This document shows positions 52,636-62,185 of a stretch of DNA of 64,000 bases, in pieces. The position numbers and the translations under genes are program-made. Origin of the DNA: Vicinamibacterales bacterium (lineage in GTDB: Bacteria > Acidobacteriota > Vicinamibacteria > Vicinamibacterales > UBA8438); contig OZ251506.1 in the NCBI GenBank assembly GCA_965242835.1, positions 4,826,494-4,890,493 of the forward strand, written 5' to 3'. Within the stretch, counting starts at the first letter, position 1. Each line of letters opens with the position of its first letter. The notes under the pieces are model-generated. The model did not search any database. It had not been told where the DNA came from and was given only the letters and a program-made list of their open reading frames with translations.

Positions 52636-53643
52636 CTAGCCGGCCAGGGCGCCGGCGTCCAGCAGGGTCTCCAGGTCGACCTGCCCCGGCGCGAGCAGGC
52701 CGGCGACCTCCTGGGCGCGCAGAACCCGCGCCGCCGCCTCGACGTCCAGGTCGACGCGTTCGGGGTACAGCGACCGCCGGTAGCGGCCGATGACCCGCTC
52801 GAGGCGGTCGACGTCGCCGCCGGCGACGAGCGCCTCGGGGAGCGCGCCGACGACCTCGGCCGGCGGCAGGGCGCGCGTATCGGCCAGGCCCGCGGTCAGC
52901 GCGGCGGCCAGCTTCCGTATCTCCGGCAGCCGCCCGTCGCGCTCGGCCGCGCGCACGCTGACCCCCATGAACGCATAGGGACCGCCCAGGCGCCGCCGCG
53001 CCTCCTCCAGCTCCATGAAGTTGACCAGCTCGCGCCCGCCCGCCTCGACGATCAGCGACAGGGCCGGCTCCTGCAGCATCGCCGCGTCGACCTGGCCGAG
53101 CCGCAGGGCGTCGAACACGTTCGTGCCGATGGCGGCGAACCGCACGGCGCCTTCGTCGACGCCGGCCCGATCCAGCAGGTACAGCAGCAGGGCGTGGTCG
53201 GCGTTGCCGAGAGCGGAGATCCCGACCGTCCGGCCCTCCAGCGCCGCCACCGAATCGAGGTCGTCCGCCCGCGCCGGGGACGCCGCGAGCGCGAACAGCG
53301 GCAGCCGGCCGGTGGACGCCACCCGGCGGACGGGCGCGCCGTGGGCGGCCGCCTGCAGCGCGACGTCGAACGAGGTGCCGGCGTAGTCGACCGCGCCCCC
53401 GACCAGAGCCTGCATCGCCGCGGCGCCCCCGCGCGTGTAGACCAGCTCGACGGCCAGCCCCTGGGCGGCGAAGTGTCCGCGCGCCCGCGCGACCTCGTAG
53501 GGCACGACGCACAGGAGCTGGCCGCAGAAGGCCAGCCGGACGCGGGCCGTCCCGTCCTCGGGCTCGCCGGCGCAGCCGCTGACCGCGATCACCCCGGCCG
53601 CGCCCAGCAGGCTCCTGAGCGTGGTGCGCCGATCCCAGGCCAC
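52636..53643 (-). CDS. ABC transporter substrate-binding lipoprotein (NMT1/SsuA-like), Tat-type signal
   Basis: GTG at 53643 gives 'VAWDRRTTLRSLLGAAGVIAVSGC'. The track ORF extends to 53754. Confidence 0.65.
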   Translation of the reverse strand: MAWDRRTTLRSLLGAAGVIAVSGCAGEPEDGTARVRLAFCGQLLCVVPYEVARARGHFAAQGLAVELVYTRGGAAAMQALVGGAVDYAGTSFDVALQAAAHGAPVRRVASTGRLPLFALAASPARADDLDSVAALEGRTVGISALGNADHALLLYLLDRAGVDEGAVRFAAIGTNVFDALRLGQVDAAMLQEPALSLIVEAGGRELVNFMELEEARRRLGGPYAFMGVSVRAAERDGRLPEIRKLAAALTAGLADTRALPPAEVVGALPEALVAGGDVDRLERVIGRYRRSLYPERVDLDVEAAARVLRAQEVAGLLAPGQVDLETLLDAGALAG

Positions 53644-53900
53644 GCCCGGTTCGGGCCACGGCCGCGCGCCCGCCTCCGGATCTTCGCGCGAACCGGACAC
53701 GACCCCGGCGAGCCCCGGATTCGTCGCCTCGCAACAGCCCATGCCGGGGACCATACCACGCGCCGCCGCGGTGACGGCGCGCGGCGAGGCGTCACCCGGC
53801 CCCGCCCGCGCCGGCGCGTCGGGTACATTGGGCCCGGCGGCCGGGACGCGCCGCCTGCGTCCGCGCTTCCGCGGCGCAGACCGCCACGAGGAGGTCTTCC

Positions 53901-54878
53901 ATGACGTCGTCCTCTCGTCTCTCCCGTCTCCGCCCCGCCGCCCCGCCCGCGGCGGCCGCCGCCGTTCTCGCCGTCCTGTTCGTCTGCGCCCCGGCGGCCC
54001 GCGAGTCCTACCTCCACCTGAACCCGGTGATCGAGAAGCTCGAGCAGGGCAAGCACGTGTTCGGAGTGAGCACGGCCGACCTGTCGCTTCAGAACGCGCG
54101 GTCGCTCGCCGGCGACCCGCGCATCGACTACGTGTACGTCGACATGGAGCACAACCCCCTGCGGTTCGAGGGGCTCGAACGGTTCGTGGCGTTCCTGACG
54201 GCCAGCGACAAGGCGGGCCTCCTCGCGCGGGGCCACGCGCAGGCGCGTCCGCCGGTGTTCGCGCGCTTTCCTCCCTACGGCCGCGAGCAGACGCAGTGGA
54301 TGGTCAAGCACGCGCTCGACGTCGGCCTGATGGGCATCCTCGTCAACAACGTCGAGACGGCCGAACAGGCGGAGAACGTCGTGCGGACGATGCGTCCCCG
54401 GCAGCTTCGATCGTCCGCCATCCCGAACCCGCCGGGCGTCCGGGGCACGGTGCAGTGCCCGTTCTGGGGCGTCGGCCGCGCCGAGTGCCGGCGCCGCGCC
54501 GACCTCTGGCCCCTGAACCCGCAAGGCGACCTGCTCTTCTGGGCGATGATCGAGACGCGGGAGGGGGTGGAGAACGCCGACGCCATCGCGCGGGTGCCGG
54601 GCGTCGGAGGCTTCTATCTGGGAGCGGGCGGCGACCTCGCCGCCTCCTACGGCGCCGAGAGCGCGGACGACCCGGAGGTGGCCGCCGCCTTCGAACGCCT
54701 CCTGGCGGTCTGCCGGACGCGCGACCTCGCCTGCGGAGGCACCGTCACGCCCGCGAACGCCGCCCCGCGGATGGAACAGGGCTACCGGATCTTCAACTTC
54801 GGGGGCGCGAACGGCGGCCTGACCGCGGCGAACGCCGCCGCCCGGTCGGCGGTGATCGCCGCGGGCGCGCAACGCTGA
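53901..54878 (+). CDS. HpcH/HpaI aldolase/citrate-lyase family protein
   Basis: 'DYVYVDMEHNPL', 'GDLLFWAMIETREGVENADAI'. An N-terminal hydrophobic signal-like segment is unusual for this family. Confidence 0.6.
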   Translation: MTSSSRLSRLRPAAPPAAAAAVLAVLFVCAPAARESYLHLNPVIEKLEQGKHVFGVSTADLSLQNARSLAGDPRIDYVYVDMEHNPLRFEGLERFVAFLTASDKAGLLARGHAQARPPVFARFPPYGREQTQWMVKHALDVGLMGILVNNVETAEQAENVVRTMRPRQLRSSAIPNPPGVRGTVQCPFWGVGRAECRRRADLWPLNPQGDLLFWAMIETREGVENADAIARVPGVGGFYLGAGGDLAASYGAESADDPEVAAAFERLLAVCRTRDLACGGTVTPANAAPRMEQGYRIFNFGGANGGLTAANAAARSAVIAAGAQR

Positions 54879-54946
54879 CCCCGCCAGGAGGCCGGTGAAC
54901 GGGCCCCGAGGCAGCGGCGCTGCGCCGGGAGCCCGTCCGTCCGCCG

Positions 54947-55954
54947 CTACTGACCCGCGGCGCGCCGCTCGACGGCCCGGGCGCCGGTCAGCGTGCCGTC
55001 CATGCCGTAGTTGCCCTCGTGGCAGGCGTACTCGAAGATGGGCAGGTCGCTCCGCCGCATCGGCAACTCGACCGTCCACGGCGCAGTCCAGGTGGTCGGA
55101 TCCGTCACCGTGAAGGTGTAGAGCAGCGTGTCCTCGTCCACCCGCCGAATCCGCTCCACCAAGTGCAGGTTCCTGCTGGAGTTGCGGAAGCTGGTCTCGC
55201 GCAGGAAGTTCTTCGTCTCGACGACCAGGGTGTCGCCGTCCCAGCGCCCGCGCGACACGCCGGTCCACTGCGGCAGCACGCCGTGACCGCTCCCGTCGAG
55301 GGGGATGATCCGCGCGTTGTGCACCATCTCGTTCAGCAGCACGACGTGGTCGGGCGTCTGGAAGACCTGGACGTTCATGTTGTAGGCGGCGGGCAGCATC
55401 GGCGGCCCGGAATTGAAGCCGGTGATGCAGCGCTCGCCGAGCGGACGATCCTCCGGCCCCTCGGAGGGACGCTGGTTGATCCGCACGCGCTCGGCCGCGC
55501 GCCGCGCCGCGGCCTCGGTCAGCGCGGGAATCCGGCCGTTCGGCGGATCGACGACCAGCGAGGTGCGGCGCGTCTCGACCACGTTGTCCCCTCGATCCCA
55601 CCAGAAGTCGTTGTAGGCGAGGGCGAGGTCGCGGCTCTCGCGGGTCCCGTTCACCGTCCCGCGGTCCGTGGTCACCTGCTTCCGCTGCTCGCGGTCCCGG
55701 TCGGCGTTGTTGGCCAGCACCCGCTCGGCGGCGTACTCGGCGCTCTCCTCCTCCGAGAAGAACGCCTGGTCGCCCAGCTCCTCCGGACGCTCCAGCGGAG
55801 TGACGGTCCGGAAGTCCCAGATGCCCTGCAGGTCCGGGTGGCCGTGCGCGGTGCGCAACGGCGCCGCGTCCCCGGCGGACTGCGCGGCGGAGACCGCCGG
55901 CAGCAGCCCGAGCGCCGCGGCGGCGGCGAGCGCGAGAATCGATCGGTTGGTCAT
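54947..55954 (-). CDS. Secreted hypothetical protein, tandem paralog 1
   Basis: Signal peptide. 'HPDLQGIWDFRTVTPLERPEELGDQAF'. C-terminal 'FEYACHEGNY'. Confidence 0.65.
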   Translation of the reverse strand: MTNRSILALAAAAALGLLPAVSAAQSAGDAAPLRTAHGHPDLQGIWDFRTVTPLERPEELGDQAFFSEEESAEYAAERVLANNADRDREQRKQVTTDRGTVNGTRESRDLALAYNDFWWDRGDNVVETRRTSLVVDPPNGRIPALTEAAARRAAERVRINQRPSEGPEDRPLGERCITGFNSGPPMLPAAYNMNVQVFQTPDHVVLLNEMVHNARIIPLDGSGHGVLPQWTGVSRGRWDGDTLVVETKNFLRETSFRNSSRNLHLVERIRRVDEDTLLYTFTVTDPTTWTAPWTVELPMRRSDLPIFEYACHEGNYGMDGTLTGARAVERRAAGQ

Positions 55955-55996
55955 CTTCTCTTCACCTCGTGCCGAAGTTTGCCGTAAGGACGTCCG

Positions 55997-56989
55997 CTAC
56001 TTCCCCGCCGCCTCCCGCTCCTCGGCCCGGTGTCCGGCCAGGATGCCCTCCATCGAGTAGTTGCCCTCGTGGCAGGCGTACTCGAACAGCGGAACCTCGG
56101 TCCGCCGCATCGGCATCGACGCCGTCCAGTCGCCGGCCCACGTGCCGGGATCGGTGACCGTGAAGGTGTACTCCAGCGTATCGCCGTCCAGACGGGTGAA
56201 ACGTTCGACCAGCGTCATGTCCGCGGTCGACGTCACGCCGGACCCCCCGGACGTGAGCGGGATCCACTGCCGCTTCTCGTTGAAGTTCGCGGTCTCGACG
56301 ACGAGCGTATTCCCCTCCCAGCGCCCGCGCGAGTCGCCCGACCAGAGGCGGATGCGCGGATCGAGCGGCGGGCGGCCGTCGAGCGGCACGATGCGCGGCG
56401 TGTGGACCATCTCCGTGTAGATCACGACGAGGTCCGGCGTCTGGAACAGCTGCATGTTCTGGTTGTAGGCCAGCGGCGTGATCGGCGGGCCGGCGTTGAA
56501 ACCGACGATGCAGCGGTCGGACGTGTTGCGATCGGCGTACGAATCGGCCGGGTGCTCCGCCAGGTACGCGCGGCGCGCCTCCGCCCGCCGCGCCCCGGCC
56601 TCCGACAGTTCCGGGAAGCGTCCGTCGGATGGATGGACGATCAGCGACGTGCGCCGCGTCTCGATCGGGTTCGTGCCCCGGTCCATCCAGAAGTTGTTGT
56701 AGGCGCCCACGTTGCCGCCGGCTTCCGTGCGGCGCGCCTCCGCCTCCCACAGCTCGGCGTTGCGCCGGACTTCCGCTTCCTCGGCGGCGGCCGCTTCCTC
56801 GGCGGTCAGGAACGCCTTGTCGCCCAGCTCCTCCGGCCGTTCCAGCGGAGTGATGGTGCGGAAGTCCCAGATGCCCTGCAGGTCCGGCGCCCCCCAAGGG
56901 GTCCGGAGCGTCTGCGCCGACGCCGGCGCCGCGGCCAGAGAGACGGCCGCGGCCGCCGCGCACGCCACCGCGAAGTTTCGACAGGTCAT
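55997..56989 (-). CDS. Secreted hypothetical protein, tandem paralog 2
   Basis: 'APDLQGIWDFRTITPLERPEELGDKAF', 'FEYACHEGNY'. Collinear with 54947..55954. Confidence 0.65.
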   Translation of the reverse strand: MTCRNFAVACAAAAAVSLAAAPASAQTLRTPWGAPDLQGIWDFRTITPLERPEELGDKAFLTAEEAAAAEEAEVRRNAELWEAEARRTEAGGNVGAYNNFWMDRGTNPIETRRTSLIVHPSDGRFPELSEAGARRAEARRAYLAEHPADSYADRNTSDRCIVGFNAGPPITPLAYNQNMQLFQTPDLVVIYTEMVHTPRIVPLDGRPPLDPRIRLWSGDSRGRWEGNTLVVETANFNEKRQWIPLTSGGSGVTSTADMTLVERFTRLDGDTLEYTFTVTDPGTWAGDWTASMPMRRTEVPLFEYACHEGNYSMEGILAGHRAEEREAAGK

Positions 56990-57169
56990 GCCACCCTCCC
57001 GGGGCCATCATAGCATCGAGGACCCGGTCCGAAGAAAGGAAGGACGTCCCGCGATCGTCGCAAGGTCCGCCGTGGCGCCCGGCGCCGGGCCCCCTGGCGC
57101 GCCGCCGTTCCCGCCCGCCGAAGCCGGAGGAACGCCCGCTCTTCTTCGAGCCGGCGTTCCCCGGCCGGC

Positions 57170-57460
57170 CTACTCCTCCGAGGCTTTCGCTTCGCGTCTC
57201 GACGCCCAGTAGCGCCGCATCCGCTCGGAGATGGCCTGACGCTGCTCCTCGGTCATCGGCCGCTTCCGCCGCGGAGTCGGAGCCGGAGCCGGAACGGCCA
57301 CGACCTTGCGCGCCTTCTTCCTTCCGCGCGCGGCGGGCGCCGGCGCATCCGCCAGCTCTATCGCCTCGATGGCGCGCTGTATCGCGACCAGCTGCGTCTT
57401 GAGCGCCTTCTCCTCGGTCCTCAGCGCTTCCAGGATTCCGCCTCTCGACATTGTTGCCAC
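57170..57460 (-). CDS. Small basic coiled-coil hypothetical protein (96 aa)
   Basis: ORF only. N-terminal heptad-like 'LEALRTEEKALKTQLVAIQRAIEAIE' and a Lys/Arg/Pro-rich centre. Confidence 0.35.
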   Translation of the reverse strand: MATMSRGGILEALRTEEKALKTQLVAIQRAIEAIELADAPAPAARGRKKARKVVAVPAPAPTPRRKRPMTEEQRQAISERMRRYWASRREAKASEE

Positions 57461-57579
57461 CAGCCCCTTTCGGACCGGACCCGCGACGGTATCGCGCGGA
57501 TCCCGTAACTCCCGTCGGGCGACAGTCTACTACAAGTTCATACCCGCGGCAAAGTCCGGAACGGATGCGGACGAATTCC

Positions 57580-57692
57580 AGAGTCCGCGCCGTTCTACGG
57601 CGCAGACCCCGCCCGCCAACCGTCGCCTGACGGCTCCGCTCGGCGCCCAACCGGGCCCGCAGGAGTCCGCGCCGTTCTACGGCGCAGACTCC
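57580..57692 (-). repeat. REP/BIME-like element, copy C (hairpin-module-hairpin)
   Basis: Hairpins at 57580-57610 and 57662-57692 with module GCCCGCCAACCGTCGCCTGACGGCTCCGCTC between them. The second hairpin overlaps the stop of CDS 57677..58732. Confidence 0.9.
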
Positions 57693-58732
57693 TGGCCGTC
57701 CGAAGTCTCGCGCCGGGTCGCAACCGCCTGCCGCCGGGCGAACGCCCGCAGGTCGGTCACCGCGTCGAATTCGTCGACGATCTCGCGGCCGATGAGCTCC
57801 TCGAGCACGTCCTCCAGAGTGGCGATACCGGCGAATCCCCCGAACTCGTCGATCACCGCCAGCATGTGCTGGCGCCGGGCGAGAAACGTCCTCAGCACGC
57901 GGTCGAGCGGCGCCGCGGCGACGACGAAGTTCAGGGGCCGCATCACGGCGTCCAGCGTGGTCTCGAAACGGTCCCCGGCCACCGCCTTCAGAATGTCCAC
58001 CTTGTGCGCGACGCCGATCAGCTCCTCGGGATCCCGCGCATGGACGGGAACCCGGCTGTACTTGTCGAGCTCGGTCATCGCCGCCGCTTCGCGGACGGTG
58101 AGGGAAGCGGCCAGCGTGAAGACCACCGGACGCGGCGTCATGACCTCCGAGACCGTGCGGCGCTCGAGGGCGAGCACGTTCTGGATCACCCGCGCCTCGT
58201 GGGGCTGGAAGTCTCCCGACCGCAGACCGAGCCCGACCATCGTCAGCAACTCGTCGTCGGAGATGCGGAGTTCCCGGGATTCGGAGCGGACGACCCGGGT
58301 CGCGAGTTGCGTCAGCGCGATGAGCGGGCCGAAGAACACCACGAGCCAGGCCAGCGGCCGGGCGACGAAGGGCGCCAGCGCGCGGGAATAGACCACGCCC
58401 ACGGTCTTGGGCAGGACCTCCGAAAAAAGGAGGATCGCCACGGTGAAGGTGACCGAGAACACCCAGATGCGCGCCGCGCCGAAGACGCCGGCCGCCAGCG
58501 CGCCGGCCAGCGCGCCGCCGCCGGTGTTGGCGATGGTGTTCAGGGACAGCACCGCGGCGATCGGCCGATCCACCCTCTGCCGCATCCGCTTCAGGATGCG
58601 GCCGGAAGGACGCTTCGCGCGGTCGAGGGCCTCGACGCGGCTCGCCGGCACCGAATACAGGACCGCCTCGAACAGCGAGCAGGCGGCGGACGTGCCGACC
58701 ACCAGGCCAACCACGACGAGCAGCTCCAGCAT
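57677..58732 (-). CDS. CNNM/DUF21 transmembrane domain plus CBS-pair protein (hemolysin-family/divalent-cation efflux-like)
   Basis: 'LSLNTIANTGG' DUF21 motif, then a CBS-pair region 'VSEVMTPR...VPV...IGVAHKVDIL'. The C-terminal '...GQESAP' and stop are encoded by the REP hairpin. Confidence 0.75.
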   Translation of the reverse strand: MLELLVVVGLVVGTSAACSLFEAVLYSVPASRVEALDRAKRPSGRILKRMRQRVDRPIAAVLSLNTIANTGGGALAGALAAGVFGAARIWVFSVTFTVAILLFSEVLPKTVGVVYSRALAPFVARPLAWLVVFFGPLIALTQLATRVVRSESRELRISDDELLTMVGLGLRSGDFQPHEARVIQNVLALERRTVSEVMTPRPVVFTLAASLTVREAAAMTELDKYSRVPVHARDPEELIGVAHKVDILKAVAGDRFETTLDAVMRPLNFVVAAAPLDRVLRTFLARRQHMLAVIDEFGGFAGIATLEDVLEELIGREIVDEFDAVTDLRAFARRQAVATRRETSDGQESAP

Positions 58733-58783
58733 GGTCGTCTCCGGGTGATGACGGCGAGCGGCCCGATTCGACGCGCGCCGGCG

Positions 58784-60052
58784 TCAGCGGCCGAGATCGA
58801 CCGCCAGCAGGGTGTCGCCGTCGCGCACGTAGAACCGGCCGCCGGCCAGCGCCGGATAGGCCCGTACCGTGCCGCGCAGAAGCCGCGCGCGGGCGACCGG
58901 CGTGAAGGCGTCCGGCGACGCCTCGGCCAGCAGCAGCTCGCCGGACTCGCGCATGACGACCAGCAGGTCGCCGGCCAGCAGAATGCTTCCCGCTCCGAAC
59001 CGGGGCTCGTCCCAGGCGACGCCGCCGGTCTCGAGCGCCACGGCGCGCAGGCTCGGGCCGTACTCCTGCCGCCCGTGATAGCCGTAGAGATGGCCGTCCC
59101 GGTGCACGCTGGTCGCGTAGTGGTTCGACAGCGCGTCGTCCGACGTCCACAACTCTTCGACCCCCGACCCCGCCACGCGGAACACGCCGGCGCCGGTGCC
59201 GTACTGCGCCGAAACGAAGACCAGATCGTCCACGACGAGCGGCGTCGCCGCGTTGACCGACGCGCGTATTCGAGCTCGCCAGCCTCGGCGGAAGCGCTCT
59301 CTTCCGGTGGCCGGGTCGAGACTCACCAGGTTGTCGCGCGTGAAGAACAGGGCGTGCCGGACGCCCCCGAGGGTGGCCCCCACCGGCGAAGAGTAGCTGG
59401 CCTCCTCGCCGGCCGCGGCCCACAGCACGGCGCCCGAATCGGCGTCGAAGGCCACGATGCCTCCTTCCGGTCCGCCGACGGCGGCGATCACGCGTCCGTC
59501 CTCGACGAGCGGCGAGCCGGCCGCTCCGAAGAACGCCTTGCGGAAGCGGAAACGCGCGCGCGTATCGACGCTCCAGACGCCGGCCCCGGTCTCCACGTCG
59601 ACGGCGTGCAACCGTCCCTGCGCGCCGAACGCGTACGCCCGGCCGCCCGCGACGACCGGCGCCGAGCGCGGCCCTTCGTCGAATCCGAAGTCGTCACGGT
59701 AGGTCGTCGGATAGTCGTAGCGCCAGACCGTGGAGCCCGTCCCGGCGTCCAGCGCTTCGAGCACCTCGCGGCCGCCCTCGCGATGGAACAGCAGCACGCG
59801 CCCCCCGTGGACGACGGGGCCCGCGAAGCCTTCGCCGACCGGCCGGCGCCAGAGCTCCCGGGGGGCGCCCCCCGGCCACGAGCGGGCCAGCGGCGGCCCG
59901 CCGTAGCGGCCGTTCCTCTCCGGGCCGAGAAAGTGCGGCCAGTCCTGCGCGCCGAGCGTCGCCCCCGCGGCGAGCAGCAGGGCCGCTCCGAGGCCGACGA
60001 TCCACCCGCGCCGGACCGCCGTGTACAGGCGCGCCGCGCTGACACCCGTCAT
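58784..60052 (-). CDS. PQQ-like (BamB-type) beta-propeller repeat protein, secreted
   Basis: ATG at 60052. 'DWPHFLGPERNG...', repeated 'G..vW' blades. Confidence 0.7.
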   Translation of the reverse strand: MTGVSAARLYTAVRRGWIVGLGAALLLAAGATLGAQDWPHFLGPERNGRYGGPPLARSWPGGAPRELWRRPVGEGFAGPVVHGGRVLLFHREGGREVLEALDAGTGSTVWRYDYPTTYRDDFGFDEGPRSAPVVAGGRAYAFGAQGRLHAVDVETGAGVWSVDTRARFRFRKAFFGAAGSPLVEDGRVIAAVGGPEGGIVAFDADSGAVLWAAAGEEASYSSPVGATLGGVRHALFFTRDNLVSLDPATGRERFRRGWRARIRASVNAATPLVVDDLVFVSAQYGTGAGVFRVAGSGVEELWTSDDALSNHYATSVHRDGHLYGYHGRQEYGPSLRAVALETGGVAWDEPRFGAGSILLAGDLLVVMRESGELLLAEASPDAFTPVARARLLRGTVRAYPALAGGRFYVRDGDTLLAVDLGR

Positions 60053-60633
60053 CCTTCCCTCCCGTCGTCGGCGCCGTCCTCCGCCGCTCCCCACTCGCGC
60101 GCCAGGGCCGCGTAGATCACGTGATCCACGAAACGGTCGTACAACCACTCCACCTCGCGCAGCAGCCCTTCTTCCCGCAAGCCGAGACGGATCGGGATCG
60201 CCCGGCTGCGCAGGTTGTCCGGCGCGCAGCGGATCTCGACGCGGTTGAGCCGGGTCCTCCCGAAAGCCCGGCCGATCAGCGCGCGGCACGCCGACGTCGT
60301 CCACCCGCGGCCCTGGAAGGACTCGCCGATCCAGTAGCCGATCGAGGTGCTGCGGTTGCGCCAGTCGACGTGGTGCTGACCCACCATCCCGGCGATGCGG
60401 CCGTCGACCGTCAGGGCGAGCTGGACGCCGTCGTTGCGCGCCGCCTGCGCCTGCGCGGCGCGGATGAAGGTCCGCGTGTCGTCGACCCCGCGGACGCCGT
60501 CCAGCCACGGCAGCCAGCGCCGCAGGTGACGGCGGTTCGCGTCGGTGAGGGAGAAGAGCTCGTCGGCGTCCGCGAGCTCGAGCGGCGCGAGCCGGCAGCG
60601 GTCCGTGAGCGGGATCGTCAGCATGAAGCGCAT
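60049..60633 (-). CDS. GNAT-family N-acetyltransferase (RimJ/RimL-like)
   Basis: 'IGYWIGESFQGRGWTTSACRALI...RVEIRCAPDNLRSRAIPIRLG'. Confidence 0.75.
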   Translation of the reverse strand: MRFMLTIPLTDRCRLAPLELADADELFSLTDANRRHLRRWLPWLDGVRGVDDTRTFIRAAQAQAARNDGVQLALTVDGRIAGMVGQHHVDWRNRSTSIGYWIGESFQGRGWTTSACRALIGRAFGRTRLNRVEIRCAPDNLRSRAIPIRLGLREEGLLREVEWLYDRFVDHVIYAALAREWGAAEDGADDGREG

Positions 60634-60761
60634 CGGCGCCGTCCCGCGCCGGCTGGCGCCGATTATAGCCGCGTCCGCGGATCCGCGAACGCCCCGGGCG
60701 ACCCGGGGGCGCGCCGCCGCCGCGTATAATGTGTGCCGCGCCGCGCCTCCGAGGAGAGGAC

Positions 60762-62069
60762 ATGAAGGTTCATCGTCTCGCCCCGATCGTCGCCCTGATC
60801 CTGACCGCGCCCGCCGGCGGCGCGTCGATCGGCCGCGCCCAGACGCCGGCCCCGGCCGTCGGCATGATTCCGGTCGAAGGCGAGGGCGCGCGCTACTGGC
60901 CGCGCTGGCGAGGTCCTTCCGGCCAGGGCGTCGTCGCCGATTCCGGATACGTGGACCGCTGGAGCGCGACCGAGAACGTCCTCTGGCGCGCTCCCGTGCC
61001 GGGACGCGGAAACTCGTCGCCCGTCGTCTGGGACGACCACGTCTTCCTGACGGCGGGGCGCGACGGCGGGCGCCGCCTGTACGTTCTCGCCTACCGGCGC
61101 AGCGACGGGGCGCTGCTGTGGGAGACCGAGGCGGCCCCCGGGCCGCGCGAGGACGTGCACCGGAAGAACGGGCCGGCCTCGGCCACCCCGGCCACCGACG
61201 GCCGGCGGGTCTACGTGTCGCTGGGCAGCCGGGGACTGGCGGCGCTCGACTTCGACGGCGCCGTGCTCTGGCGCACGGAGGTGGGCCCCATCTCGAACTA
61301 CCACGGACCGGCCGGGTCGCCGCTGCTCTACCGCGGCAAGCTCGTCATCTACCAGGACCAGCGCAGCGGCGGCTTCGTGGCCGCCTACGACACGGCCACC
61401 GGCGAACCGATCTGGCGCACCCCCCGCGCGCAGAGCGTCGGCTGGGGAACGCCCGTGGCCATACGGGTCGGCGGCCGCGACGAGCTCGTCGTCAGCAGCC
61501 AGCGCACGGTCAACGCCTACGACCCGGAGACGGGGCGGGAGCTGTGGCGCTGCAGCGGGAACAACTTCGAAGTCATCCCCACGCCGGTGGTCGAGGCGGG
61601 GCTGGTCTTCTGCACGTCGGGGCGCGCCGGGCCGACGCTGGCGATCCGGCCGGGCGGACGGGGCGACGTGACGGACACGCACGTCGCGTGGTCCACGTCG
61701 CGCGGCTCGCCGTTCGTGCCCTCGCCGCTCGCCCACGACGGCTACCTCTACACCATCAACGACATGGCGAGCATCGTCACCTGCTTCCGGGCCGCCACCG
61801 GCGAGGTCCTGTGGCAGGCGCGGCTCGGACGCGCCGTCCGGGAAGGTTTCTCGGCCTCCCCGGTGCTGGTCGACGGCAAGGTGTTCTTCACCAACGACGA
61901 CGGCGTCACGTTCGTCCTGCGGGCGGGACCGGAGTTCGAGCTGCTCCACACGAACGACGTCGGCGCCCGCACCCTGGCCTCGCCGGCGCTCGTCGACGGG
62001 ACGTGGTACATCCGCACCGAGGACGAGCTGCTGGCCATCGGCGCCGCCCCTCGGGAATCTGCGCCGTAG
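60762..62069 (+). CDS. PQQ-like beta-propeller repeat protein, secreted
   Basis: ATG at 60762 after GAGGAGAGG. 'YWPRWRGPSGQG...VLWRAPVPGRGNSSPVV'. The last residues 'ESAP' and the TAG stop lie in the REP hairpin loop. Confidence 0.7.
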   Translation: MKVHRLAPIVALILTAPAGGASIGRAQTPAPAVGMIPVEGEGARYWPRWRGPSGQGVVADSGYVDRWSATENVLWRAPVPGRGNSSPVVWDDHVFLTAGRDGGRRLYVLAYRRSDGALLWETEAAPGPREDVHRKNGPASATPATDGRRVYVSLGSRGLAALDFDGAVLWRTEVGPISNYHGPAGSPLLYRGKLVIYQDQRSGGFVAAYDTATGEPIWRTPRAQSVGWGTPVAIRVGGRDELVVSSQRTVNAYDPETGRELWRCSGNNFEVIPTPVVEAGLVFCTSGRAGPTLAIRPGGRGDVTDTHVAWSTSRGSPFVPSPLAHDGYLYTINDMASIVTCFRAATGEVLWQARLGRAVREGFSASPVLVDGKVFFTNDDGVTFVLRAGPEFELLHTNDVGARTLASPALVDGTWYIRTEDELLAIGAAPRESAP

Positions 62070-62139
62070 AACGGCGCGGACTCCCGCGGGATTGGGTTGG
62101 GCGCCAAGCGGAGCAGCAAGGCGCGACGGTTGGCGGGCC
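62054..62139 (+). repeat. REP/BIME-like element, copy D
   Basis: Hairpin GGAATCTGCGCCGTAGAACGGCGCGGACTCC at 62054-62084 plus a degenerate module at ~62107-62139. Confidence 0.85.
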
Positions 62140-62185
62140 AGGACGGCGCGGAGCGGCCGGCGCGGCTCCGGCCGTCCTCCGCCGT

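Noticed and set aside
60725-60730. TATAAT hexamer upstream of the PQQ-propeller gene
   Set aside because: No acceptable -35 element at 16-18 nt spacing, and a single hexamer is not enough to call a promoter.
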